From assembly GCA_964514965.1 (NCBI GenBank), contig CAZETV010000002.1, forward strand, positions 1 through 32,000: 32,000 bases of DNA, written 5' to 3'. Made by a program: the position numbers and the translations under genes. This document shows positions 19,737 through 26,759 of the stretch, one piece after another. Origin of the DNA: Candidatus Hadarchaeota archaeon (GTDB lineage: Archaea > Hadarchaeota > Hadarchaeia > Hadarchaeales > Hadarchaeaceae). Position 1 is the first letter of the stretch. The number at the start of each line of letters is the position of its first letter. Below the pieces are notes generated by a model. It had not been told where the DNA came from, did no database searches, and saw only the letters and a program-made list of their open reading frames with translations.

Positions 19737-19746
19737 AATTGAAATG
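19717..19746 (+). promoter_or_regulatory. TATA-like box (TTAAATA 19717-19723) plus second copy of the candidate ArsR-type operator (19728-19746)
   Basis: TTCAAATAAAATTGAAAT matches the 16133-16150 copy (TTCAAATAATTTTGAAAT) at 16/18 positions; overlaps the ATPase stop codon and lies just before the TTG start at 19755. Confidence 0.7.
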
Positions 19747-19754
19747 GTGTTCAC

Positions 19755-20015
19755 TTGAAGATAAGGGTTTTCGGCACGGTACCGCCCTGCGTGAAGTGCA
19801 AGGCAGCCGAAGCGGCAGTGAAGGAAGCCGTGAAGGAGCTCGGCTACAGCGATATCGAGGTGTCCAAAGAGGACGCGCTGTCGGAGGAGGCCGGAAAACT
19901 GGGCATAATGATGACGCCGACGGTGATGATAGACAGCAAAGTTATCAAGGTCGGGGGCGTCCCATCCAAGGACGAAGTTAAGCGGGCCATAGAAGGAACC
20001 AGGAAAGGCGGTTGA
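19755..20015 (+). CDS. Small thioredoxin-fold protein, CVKC active site (TTG start)
   Basis: MKIRVFGTVPPCVKCKAAEAAVKEAVKELGYSDIEVSKEDALSEEAGKLGIMMTPTVMIDSKVIKVGGVPSKDEVKRAI; cis-Pro TPTVMID. Confidence 0.85.
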   Translation: MKIRVFGTVPPCVKCKAAEAAVKEAVKELGYSDIEVSKEDALSEEAGKLGIMMTPTVMIDSKVIKVGGVPSKDEVKRAIEGTRKGG

Positions 20016-20270
20016 ATGGTAAGGCTGGAGGTCTTCACGGCCGAGCCGCCGTGTCCGGGCTGCTTGAAACTACTTGAACTTGCCGACAGGATGAAGGAAG
20101 AATACAGTGACAGGGTCGAGGTCGTGAAGCACATCGGACCCTGCGACGAGTTAGCGAAGTATGGCATAACGGTGGTTCCGGCGACGGTTATCGACGGCAG
20201 GATAAAGCTGATGGGTGTCTGCCCCAGCGAGAGAACGCTCAGGACAGCCCTGTGGGAGGCGGGAGCGTGA
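20016..20270 (+). CDS. Small thioredoxin-fold protein, CPGC active site plus two extra Cys
   Basis: MVRLEVFTAEPPCPGCLKLLELADRMKEEYSDRVEVVKHIGPCDELAKYGITVVPATVIDGRIKLMGVCPSE; ATG abuts the preceding TGA. Confidence 0.85.
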   Translation: MVRLEVFTAEPPCPGCLKLLELADRMKEEYSDRVEVVKHIGPCDELAKYGITVVPATVIDGRIKLMGVCPSERTLRTALWEAGA

Positions 20271-20524
20271 AGCTGCTGGTCGAAGTGTTCGTTTCCTTGC
20301 CGCCGTGCTCCGGGGGTAGGATGGTTAAGAAGATGATGGTGGAGATCGTGGAAAAGTACGGGGACCGCGTCGAGATCAAGACATACGAGGGAGCCAACGA
20401 AAAGACCAAGGAATATGGCATCGAAACGACCCCCGCGATTGTCATCGACAAGGACATCAGGATCACCGGCGTCGCTCCGAGCATGGAGACCTTGGAGAAC
20501 GCCTTGAAGGAAGCCGGATTATAA
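20267..20524 (+). CDS. Small thioredoxin-fold protein with degenerate active site (CSGG)
   Basis: VKLLVEVFVSLPPCSGGRMVKKMMVEIVEKYGDRVEIKTYEGANEKTKEYGIETTPAIVIDKDIRITGVAPSMETLENAL; GTG start overlaps the preceding TGA (GTGA). Confidence 0.82.
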   Translation: MKLLVEVFVSLPPCSGGRMVKKMMVEIVEKYGDRVEIKTYEGANEKTKEYGIETTPAIVIDKDIRITGVAPSMETLENALKEAGL

Positions 20525-20548
20525 GAACCTGAAGGGCTAGTAAAGCTA

Positions 20549-20926
20549 GTGGTAGACTTGAAAAGGAGCGCAAAGGGGACAGGGCCCGTCAGACTTCGAG
20601 ACAAGATATCCGGGGCCTACGACATCTCGGAGGAATCTCTGAAACGTGCGGATAAAGAGATTCGCGCGGACACCAAGGAAGCAATAAAGTTTTTGGAAGC
20701 CTTGGACCACCCAACAAGGTTGCGCATCCTCAGGGCGCTGAGAACGGGGGAACTGTGTGTTTGCGTGTTTGTCGCGTTAATGAAGATTAAACACTCGAAG
20801 CTATCCTACCACCTAAAACTGTTGAAGAACGCGGGACTGGTTGATTCCAGGAAGGATGGATACTTCGTAGAATACAGGATCACCGATTTGGGAAGAAGAA
20901 TGTTGGAGAATATCGAGGGGCATTAA
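20549..20926 (+). CDS. ArsR/SmtB-family HTH regulator with CVC metal(loid)-binding-type motif
   Basis: FLEALDHPTRLRILRALRTGELCVCVFVALMKIKHSKLSYHLKLLKNAGLVDSRKDGYFVEYRI. Confidence 0.9.
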   Translation: MVDLKRSAKGTGPVRLRDKISGAYDISEESLKRADKEIRADTKEAIKFLEALDHPTRLRILRALRTGELCVCVFVALMKIKHSKLSYHLKLLKNAGLVDSRKDGYFVEYRITDLGRRMLENIEGH

Positions 20927-20999
20927 AGTCTAACACTTCCCTTGACTGGGGACGCCTTCGGCTAGCTCTTTTGATTCCGCCTCTGACGTCATTAAAAAA

Positions 21000-21102
21000 T
21001 GGTGCGGGAGAGGGGATTCGAACCCCCGAACTCCTTCGAGGCCAGATCTTGAGTTTCGCCCTTTCGCGACTGGCGCCTTTGACCTGACTTGGCTACCCCC
21101 GC
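21000..21102 (-). tRNA. tRNA-Leu (anticodon CAA) with encoded CCA and a 15-nt insertion in the anticodon stem
   Basis: GCGGGGG-TA-GCCAAGTCAGGTCAAAGGC-G-CCAG[TCGCGAAAGGGCGAA]A-CTCAAGA-TCTGG-CCTCGAAGGAGTTC-GGGGGTTCGAATCCCCT-CTCCCGC-A-CCA. Confidence 0.88.
21055..21069 (-). other. Candidate non-canonical tRNA intron (position 30/31)
   Basis: Removing TCGCGAAAGGGCGAA restores a 5-bp CCAGA:TCTGG stem and the 7-nt loop CTCAAGA; the insert can form TCGC:GCGA around a 6-nt loop. Confidence 0.6.
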
Positions 21103-21163
21103 AGGTGAAAATCTTGAGTTGAAGTTATTAATCGTTTGTACTCAGTTAAAGCAGGGGGAGTCA

Positions 21164-22330
21164 ATGACCGGATTCGAATCCCGTCGCGCTTTCGAACACC
21201 TCGACAAGCTGGCCTACGAGATTGGGCCTCGGTTGGCCGGCACGCGGGGCGACGGCATGGCTGCGGATTATATCCAAACGCAGCTCGAGAGTTACGGGAT
21301 CAAGACGCGGGTGCAGGAGTTCAAGTTCGTGGATCGCGCCGCTCGGGCCAAAGCCACCGCGTGCATCCTCGCCGCAGCTTTCATCACTTTTCTTTTCCTC
21401 CCACCCGAAGCTTCTTTGCTTGTCTGGATTTTGGCACTCATGGTCTGGCGCTCGCTCGATTGGCTCATGCCCAAGCGGAAGAGCCAAAACATCATCGGCA
21501 CTCTCGGGGCGCGAGAGTCGAAGAAGGGGGCCGCGATAACTGCCCACTATGACTCTGCACCTTGCATGGTGAGCTACAAGCTGCACCTATCCGTTAAGTT
21601 CACCTTTGCTCTGGCTCTCGCCCTCATCACCCTCGCCCTAGCTCTCAGGACGTTCAGTTTGCTCCCGGCGTGGTCGGTCGCATGGACAGTACTCGCGATT
21701 GTTTTCATGCCCGTTTGCGTCGGCATGTTTGTTGCAGCGAGCAGCCGGCACGTATCGCCAGGTGCTGATGACAACGCTTCAGGGGTTGTGGTAATGCTAG
21801 AAGCGGCGCGCGTGGCTGCAGAGTCCCCACCTGCTGATGCTAGGTTAACTTTCATCGCACTCGGGGCAGAAGAGCAGGGACTCGTGGGTGCGCGCAGGCT
21901 CGTGGCGAGCAAGGCGCTACCCAAAGACACGATGGTGCTTAATCTTGACATGGTTGGAGCCGGCTCACACGCTTACATCATCGAAGGCAACGGTATCTTT
22001 CTGAGGAGGAGAACTTCGCCCGAGCTCAACGAAAGACTCGCCAACTGTGTCAAAAATGTCGGGCTAAACCCGAAGTTCTGGTGGGCAGCGCTCGCCGGGC
22101 ACGACCACATCCCGTTTGTGCGGGCCAAGATGCAGGCGACTACTTTTTCAATCAGCACTCATGACCAAGACAAGCTCGGCAACTTCATCACGAGGATGTT
22201 CGGGTTGACCAATGCTAAGACAATCGGATATCGCTACATTCACACGCTTGAGGATACTCCCGAGCGGGTTGAGCTGGCTAACATCGAGCGAGCTGGCGCG
22301 GTGGTACTCGAGTTCGTTAAAACAATTTAA
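21164..22330 (+). CDS. Membrane-associated M28-family zinc aminopeptidase
   Basis: GPRLAGTRGDGMAADYI; ITAHYDSAP; GADDNASGVVVMLEAAR; FIALGAEEQGLVGAR; hydrophobic TM segments between. Start at ATG 21164; the longer ORF from 21089 would run into the tRNA. Confidence 0.85.
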   Translation: MTGFESRRAFEHLDKLAYEIGPRLAGTRGDGMAADYIQTQLESYGIKTRVQEFKFVDRAARAKATACILAAAFITFLFLPPEASLLVWILALMVWRSLDWLMPKRKSQNIIGTLGARESKKGAAITAHYDSAPCMVSYKLHLSVKFTFALALALITLALALRTFSLLPAWSVAWTVLAIVFMPVCVGMFVAASSRHVSPGADDNASGVVVMLEAARVAAESPPADARLTFIALGAEEQGLVGARRLVASKALPKDTMVLNLDMVGAGSHAYIIEGNGIFLRRRTSPELNERLANCVKNVGLNPKFWWAALAGHDHIPFVRAKMQATTFSISTHDQDKLGNFITRMFGLTNAKTIGYRYIHTLEDTPERVELANIERAGAVVLEFVKTI

Positions 22331-22376
22331 CCCGCTCGATAAATAACGACTTGGGGTGATTCAGTTGAAAATTGGG

Positions 22377-22856
22377 TTAATGTCCGACACACACGATAAT
22401 ATCGACGCGGTGGAGCGGGCGATAGATTTATTCAACCGGACCGGAGTCGAGCACGTCTTGCATGCAGGCGACCTTGTCTCGCCTTTCGTGGCTCCGAAGT
22501 TCGCGAAGCTGAAGGCTAAGCTGCACTATGTTTTGGGAAACAACGAAGGTGACCGAGAGCATGTCCGCATCAAGTTCGGAGAAGTTGAGGTGAAGCCCCT
22601 CGGGAACTTCGCGGCGCTGGAACTGGATGGGCGGAAAATAGCGCTGTTGCACGGCGCCCACGAAGAAATCGTCGGGGCCCTCTTGAGGTCGGATAACTTT
22701 GATGTGGTCGTCCGAGGGCACACCCATCGTGCCGAAGTTCGTGATGGCAAAACACTTCTCGTCAACCCGGGCGAGGTTTGCGGGTATCTGAGCGGACGCC
22801 TGACGGTTGCCATGCTCGACTTGGCCGAACTACGCGCGGAAATTTTAGAGTTATAG
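22377..22856 (+). CDS. MJ0936/YfcE-like phosphodiesterase
   Basis: LMSDTHDNIDAVERAI; HAGDLVSPF; YVLGNNEGDRE; LLHGAHEEI; VVRGHTHRAEV...LVNPGEVCGYL. Exact start uncertain; ORF opens at 22356. Confidence 0.88.
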   Translation, partial: LMSDTHDNIDAVERAIDLFNRTGVEHVLHAGDLVSPFVAPKFAKLKAKLHYVLGNNEGDREHVRIKFGEVEVKPLGNFAALELDGRKIALLHGAHEEIVGALLRSDNFDVVVRGHTHRAEVRDGKTLLVNPGEVCGYLSGRLTVAMLDLAELRAEILEL

Positions 22857-22900
22857 TTCACTATTTTAGTATGCGCGATTAACTCGGCTCAGGGAGAAGA

Positions 22901-23911
22901 TTGATTGAGCTCATCACGATAGTCGCACTGCTCGCTGGTTTTTACTTAGTGGTTTGGAACATCGGCGCGAATGGTTCCGCTAATTGCGTGGGGACAGCGG
23001 TTGGCGGGAGGATTTTGTCATATCGCCGCGCAATCGCGATCGTGATACTGTTTGTCCTCTTGGGTGTGGTCCTAGAGGGTTGGAAAAACATGAAAACCGT
23101 GGGAGATGCCATCGTGATCGGGGCGGGCGGCGTAAATCCTCTTTCCAAAATTCCCCAGGCCACAATTGCCGCATTGCTTGCAGTCGGGATATGGGTCACG
23201 ATAATTACTGTAAAAGGTATACCTGTTTCCACTTCACAGGCCACAGTAGGTGCGGTTGTTGGGGCGGGTTTGCTGATATCTTACACGCAGGCAGGCATTG
23301 GTGCGAGCGTTCAATTCGATGTACTTGGCACTATTATCGTGGCTTGGGTGTTAAGTCCCTTTATTGCAGCCATTCTCGCTTTTATCTTGTTAAAAGTCTT
23401 CGGTCCTCCACTGCGGAAAATAAAGGATATCGTATTGCTCAACCAAATCCTAACCATCCTTGTCATTGCGGCTAGCGCGTTTGTCGCCTACACTCTCGGC
23501 GCCAACGATGTGGGCGCGTCCACCGGAGTGGTTTACGCGTTTTTTGGAGGGAATGGGCTAGACTTCAGGCTCATCGGGCTGTTCGGCGGGGTTGCTTTGG
23601 CGGTCGGCGTGTTGACTTACAGCCACAAGGTGATGCATACGGTGGGTACGGGGATAACCAAGCTCGACGCCTTGACCGCTTTCGCTGCTCAACTGGGGGC
23701 GGCCCTCACGGTCTGGTCGTTCGTACAATTTGGAATACCTGTGTCTACAACGCAGGCTATTGTTGGTGCTGTGATTGGGGCAGGACTCGTGAAAGGTGTA
23801 GCTGCCGTGAGCGGAAAAAAAATTGGCAATATAGGAGTGGCTTGGGCCTTGACTCCAGCTATCACATGCACGCTTTCGTTCTTACTCGGATGGTTGTTAT
23901 TGATTGTGTGA
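22901..23911 (+). CDS. Inorganic phosphate transporter, PiT family
   Basis: GANGSANCVGTAVGG; KGIPVSTSQATVGAVVGAG; GANDVGASTGVV; FGIPVSTTQAIVGAVIGAGLVKG. Confidence 0.93.
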   Translation: MIELITIVALLAGFYLVVWNIGANGSANCVGTAVGGRILSYRRAIAIVILFVLLGVVLEGWKNMKTVGDAIVIGAGGVNPLSKIPQATIAALLAVGIWVTIITVKGIPVSTSQATVGAVVGAGLLISYTQAGIGASVQFDVLGTIIVAWVLSPFIAAILAFILLKVFGPPLRKIKDIVLLNQILTILVIAASAFVAYTLGANDVGASTGVVYAFFGGNGLDFRLIGLFGGVALAVGVLTYSHKVMHTVGTGITKLDALTAFAAQLGAALTVWSFVQFGIPVSTTQAIVGAVIGAGLVKGVAAVSGKKIGNIGVAWALTPAITCTLSFLLGWLLLIV

Positions 23912-23931
23912 AAAATGTAAAAAAATAAAAA

Positions 23932-24648
23932 CTATGCTCTGAGCGTGTACGCGACGATTGATATTACATCGCTCGCGTCTTCAGCACGGTCGGGGATATC
24001 ACCTATCCCGTGGATGATGTTATTCAACTGAAATACACTGACAGGATCCAGTAGCTTTTCGTACGTAAAAACATCTGCAAGTAGAGATTGTTCCATAATG
24101 TCGGAGGCGTGCTCTAACTTGTCGGCTTCATTAGCCCTCGCTGTTGCGGCATCGATGTTCGACTCTAAGGAATCGATTGAGGACTTTAAAGTTTCTACTG
24201 TTTGAGTGGCTAGCCCAGCTATCTTGATCAGCCCCTCCCGGATAACTTTCGCTTTTCTTTCTCTTTTTTCTGCTTTCATGAGAGTACCGAGAAGCTTCTC
24301 CCTTAGCAAAACTGTGCGCGTTACCCCCTCAGCAGCATCAGCCACATTGTCGACTTGTTCCGCTAACCTTGCTAAGTCGCCCCTGAATGCAGGCAAAAAT
24401 GCCCCTTTGCTGAGATAAGAAGCGAACTTCCTCCTGCCCACATCTGCTTTCGTCTCAAGCGCGGAAACTTGCCTACCGAGGATTTGCGCTTTTTTCATAT
24501 CGCGTTCGGAGAAAAGAGCGTTGATCATTTCTTCAAATTTCTTCACTGTGTCTACAACAGCCCCCGCATTTTCCCTGAGAATCTTGAGCGTTTCTTTTTC
24601 CCTTCCCCCACCAATCCGCGAAATGCCAATCATCAGAATTTCTTTCAC
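23932..24648 (-). CDS. DUF47/PhoU-like phosphate transport regulator (TIGR00153-like)
   Basis: EKTLKILRENAGAVVDTVKKFEEMINAL; LARLAEQVDNVADAAEGVTRTVL; IIHGIGDIPDRAEDASDVISIVAYTLRA. Confidence 0.85.
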   Translation of the reverse strand: MKEILMIGISRIGGGREKETLKILRENAGAVVDTVKKFEEMINALFSERDMKKAQILGRQVSALETKADVGRRKFASYLSKGAFLPAFRGDLARLAEQVDNVADAAEGVTRTVLLREKLLGTLMKAEKRERKAKVIREGLIKIAGLATQTVETLKSSIDSLESNIDAATARANEADKLEHASDIMEQSLLADVFTYEKLLDPVSVFQLNNIIHGIGDIPDRAEDASDVISIVAYTLRA

Positions 24649-24687
24649 AGCCTCCCCTACGGTATTTCGACGGGGCGTCTTAAAACT

Positions 24688-25182
24688 TCACCTTCTAGGC
24701 CTCCGGACCAACATAGAGCCGCATATCTCACATCGGGAAGTCGCCGGCGTATACTTGCGATTGCAGGCGGGGCAGACCATCTCCCAACGCAACACCTCCT
24801 TTATCCCAGGCATGACGATGCGGTGGTAAAGAAGACCGAACAAACTCGCCAAATTCTGAATAGCATAATCGTCGGTCACGAGTTCCGGTTCTTCGCCCGC
24901 CTGTTTGAGATCCAACGCAAGTGCGAGCAACTTGATATCCACGGTCGAAACTAAATCTCCGGTTTTGGCGACTTTTTCCCTGATTTCTTTCAAGGTCTCT
25001 CTCAAAGGGTCAACAACCTTTACCTTGCCCGCAGCTACCGCCGTCTCGAGTTCGAGTTTCGAGCACAAATCCCTGGCCTCCTCAAGCACCTCCTGCACAG
25101 TCACCTGTTCTGCCTTGGCCAACCCGGGCACAAATCCTGCTATCACGGCGGAGGTGTCCAAAACATATACCTTGCGCGGCAC
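24688..25182 (-). CDS. nob1: Nob1-like rRNA maturation endonuclease (PIN domain + zinc ribbon)
   Basis: YVLDTSAVIAGF; DIKLLALALDL...LVTDDYAIQNLA; zinc ribbon CPACNRKYTPATSRCEICG. Confidence 0.9.
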   Translation of the reverse strand: MPRKVYVLDTSAVIAGFVPGLAKAEQVTVQEVLEEARDLCSKLELETAVAAGKVKVVDPLRETLKEIREKVAKTGDLVSTVDIKLLALALDLKQAGEEPELVTDDYAIQNLASLFGLLYHRIVMPGIKEVLRWEMVCPACNRKYTPATSRCEICGSMLVRRPRR

Positions 25183-25983
25183 TTACAGCTTCTCCCTCAC
25201 CTTGCAGTAGAATTCGCCCCACTCGAAGAAACGTGCTGGTTTATCCGAGCGATGGAATTTGGCTTTTCCCCCAGGCTTAAGTTTAGCCGCAATTTGGCCG
25301 TCCACGATTACGAATGCCCCGCGTTCCGGTCTGGTGGGTTCTATCTCGATACGGCTGTCTATGGGCACTACCAACGGGTTAGGGTTGAGGTAAGACGGAC
25401 ATATGGGCACAATCACAAAGACCTTAAGCCGTGGGTCAATTACAGGACCGCCAGCGGCTAATGCGTAGGCCGTGCTTCCGGTGGGGGTCGCCAAGATAAT
25501 GCCGTCCCCTTTAACGTCCGAAGTCAATTTGCCGTCAACGGATACTCTCAACGTAAGAGTTTTCCCAACTTTGGCAGAATACACCACTACATCATTCAGT
25601 GAGTCAGGCAATTTTTTACCCGCAGCTTCTCCAACTAACTTTTCTCGCTCTACGATTGGCAGTCTGCCCGTGACCAACATTCGAAGCGCCCGTTGAGCTT
25701 CAGTTGGCTTGACATCTGCCAGAAAGCCCCTCCCCCCGAGATTTATACCAAGTATCGGGGTTTCCGGTGCTTGTCGTTGAGCGAATAAAATTGTTCCGTC
25801 GCCGCCGATTGCTACAATTGCATTTGCCTTTTGAAGTGCCCGCGCAGTCACTCCACGCTTACCAAGTTTCCTAGCGACCTTCTGCTCAAGCAGGACCTCT
25901 TCTTTACTCAAGAACCCCAGCACACTTCGCACGAGTTTCAGGGCCCCTGGGACTTCCGTACGGGCGATTATTCCTATCCGCAA
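25183..25983 (-). CDS. NAD kinase
   Basis: AIVAIGGDGTILFAQRQ; PILGINLGGRGFLADV; KGDGIILATPTGSTAYALAAGGPVIDP. Confidence 0.94.
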   Translation of the reverse strand: MRIGIIARTEVPGALKLVRSVLGFLSKEEVLLEQKVARKLGKRGVTARALQKANAIVAIGGDGTILFAQRQAPETPILGINLGGRGFLADVKPTEAQRALRMLVTGRLPIVEREKLVGEAAGKKLPDSLNDVVVYSAKVGKTLTLRVSVDGKLTSDVKGDGIILATPTGSTAYALAAGGPVIDPRLKVFVIVPICPSYLNPNPLVVPIDSRIEIEPTRPERGAFVIVDGQIAAKLKPGGKAKFHRSDKPARFFEWGEFYCKVREKL

Positions 25984-26083
25984 GTTTTCACCAGCTCAAG
26001 TTTTTCCTCCAAGGATTTAACGTTAAAGGTTTAGGCGACATCAAATTTTTAAGTGTGAGCTTAGATAATCAAGAGGTGTTTCA

Positions 26084-26476
26084 GTGACGAAAGAAATGAT
26101 CGAGATAGGCAAGCTTAAGGAGGGACGCTTCGTGATCGTTGACGATGAGCCCTGTCGCATCGTGGGTTTCTCCACTTCAGCTCCTGGAAAGCACGGGCAC
26201 GCGAAAGCGAAGGTCGACGCGATCGGCATTTTTGACTCGCAGAAGCGAAGCATAGTTCGCCCCACTAGCGCTAAGGTGGAGGTGCCAATAATCGAGCGGG
26301 GTGGTGCCCAAGTGCTCGCAATCATAGCGAATAATGCCCAACTCATGGATTTGACGACTTATGAGACATTTGAGCTTCCTATTCCAATGACTCTCCGCGG
26401 TGAGGTTCGCGAAGGCGTTGAGGTCGAGTACATTCAGGCGTTGGGTAGAAGAAAAATTGAACGGGTAAAAGGATAA
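26084..26476 (+). CDS. Translation initiation factor 5A
   Basis: CRIVGFSTSAPGKHGHAKAKVDAIGIFD (hypusination-site region); typical aIF5A length. Confidence 0.95.
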   Translation: MTKEMIEIGKLKEGRFVIVDDEPCRIVGFSTSAPGKHGHAKAKVDAIGIFDSQKRSIVRPTSAKVEVPIIERGGAQVLAIIANNAQLMDLTTYETFELPIPMTLRGEVREGVEVEYIQALGRRKIERVKG

Positions 26477-26523
26477 CTAAAAAAATAAAAGAGGGACGAT
26501 ATTAAAAATAAAAATTAACGTGC

Positions 26524-26688
26524 TTAAACATCGACCCTTCTTAAAGTCTTTCTTCCATTTCCTTTCGCTCTTTCTACAGCTCTCTTGCACCTTCGCTTTA
26601 TCAGCGCATCCAATTCATTAAAGAAATCGTCGCTTGCCCTCATGCCTTTGATCAAATCCCTAACGGCGGATTTTACGATGTAGGCCAT
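26524..26688 (-). CDS. 54-aa histone-like mini-protein, not in the supplied ORF track
   Basis: MAYIVKSAVRDLIKGMRASDDFFNELDALIKRRCKRAVERAKGNGRKTLRRVDV*; GGAGGTG Shine-Dalgarno just upstream and a TTTAAATA TATA-like box further upstream. Confidence 0.8.
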   Translation of the reverse strand: MAYIVKSAVRDLIKGMRASDDFFNELDALIKRRCKRAVERAKGNGRKTLRRVDV

Positions 26689-26759
26689 TCATACACCTCC
26701 GATTTGTTTATTTATTTTGAATTTACAGGCTATTTAAACGTAGTTATTTGGGGTCTAAT

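Larger units (their letters stand above)
15899..20999. mobile_element. Candidate integrated islet at the 3' end of tRNA-Leu(CAA); metal(loid)-type cargo, no integrase seen
   Basis: tRNA 3'-end repeat at the left boundary, intact tRNA-Leu 3' end at the right; all internal genes on one strand and functionally coherent. Confidence 0.5.

Noticed and set aside
20267-20524. Selenocysteine in the third thioredoxin-like protein
   Set aside because: The active-site codons are tgc tcc ggg ggt with no in-frame TGA; the second Cys position is simply Gly.
15899-21000. A self-mobile integrative element with its own integrase
   Set aside because: No ORF in the interval shows tyrosine or serine recombinase features; only the flanking tRNA repeats support integration, so the call is kept as a candidate islet.
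21089-21163. Longer N-terminus for the M28 peptidase (MATPAGENLELKLLIVCTQLKQGES)
   Set aside because: It would start inside the tRNA-Leu gene; ATG at 21164 has a purine-rich GGGGGAG ribosome-site-like sequence and fits the family start.
23912-24648. PiT and DUF47 as a novel convergent regulatory pair
   Set aside because: PiT and DUF47 commonly neighbour each other; the convergent rather than same-strand layout is a minor variation.
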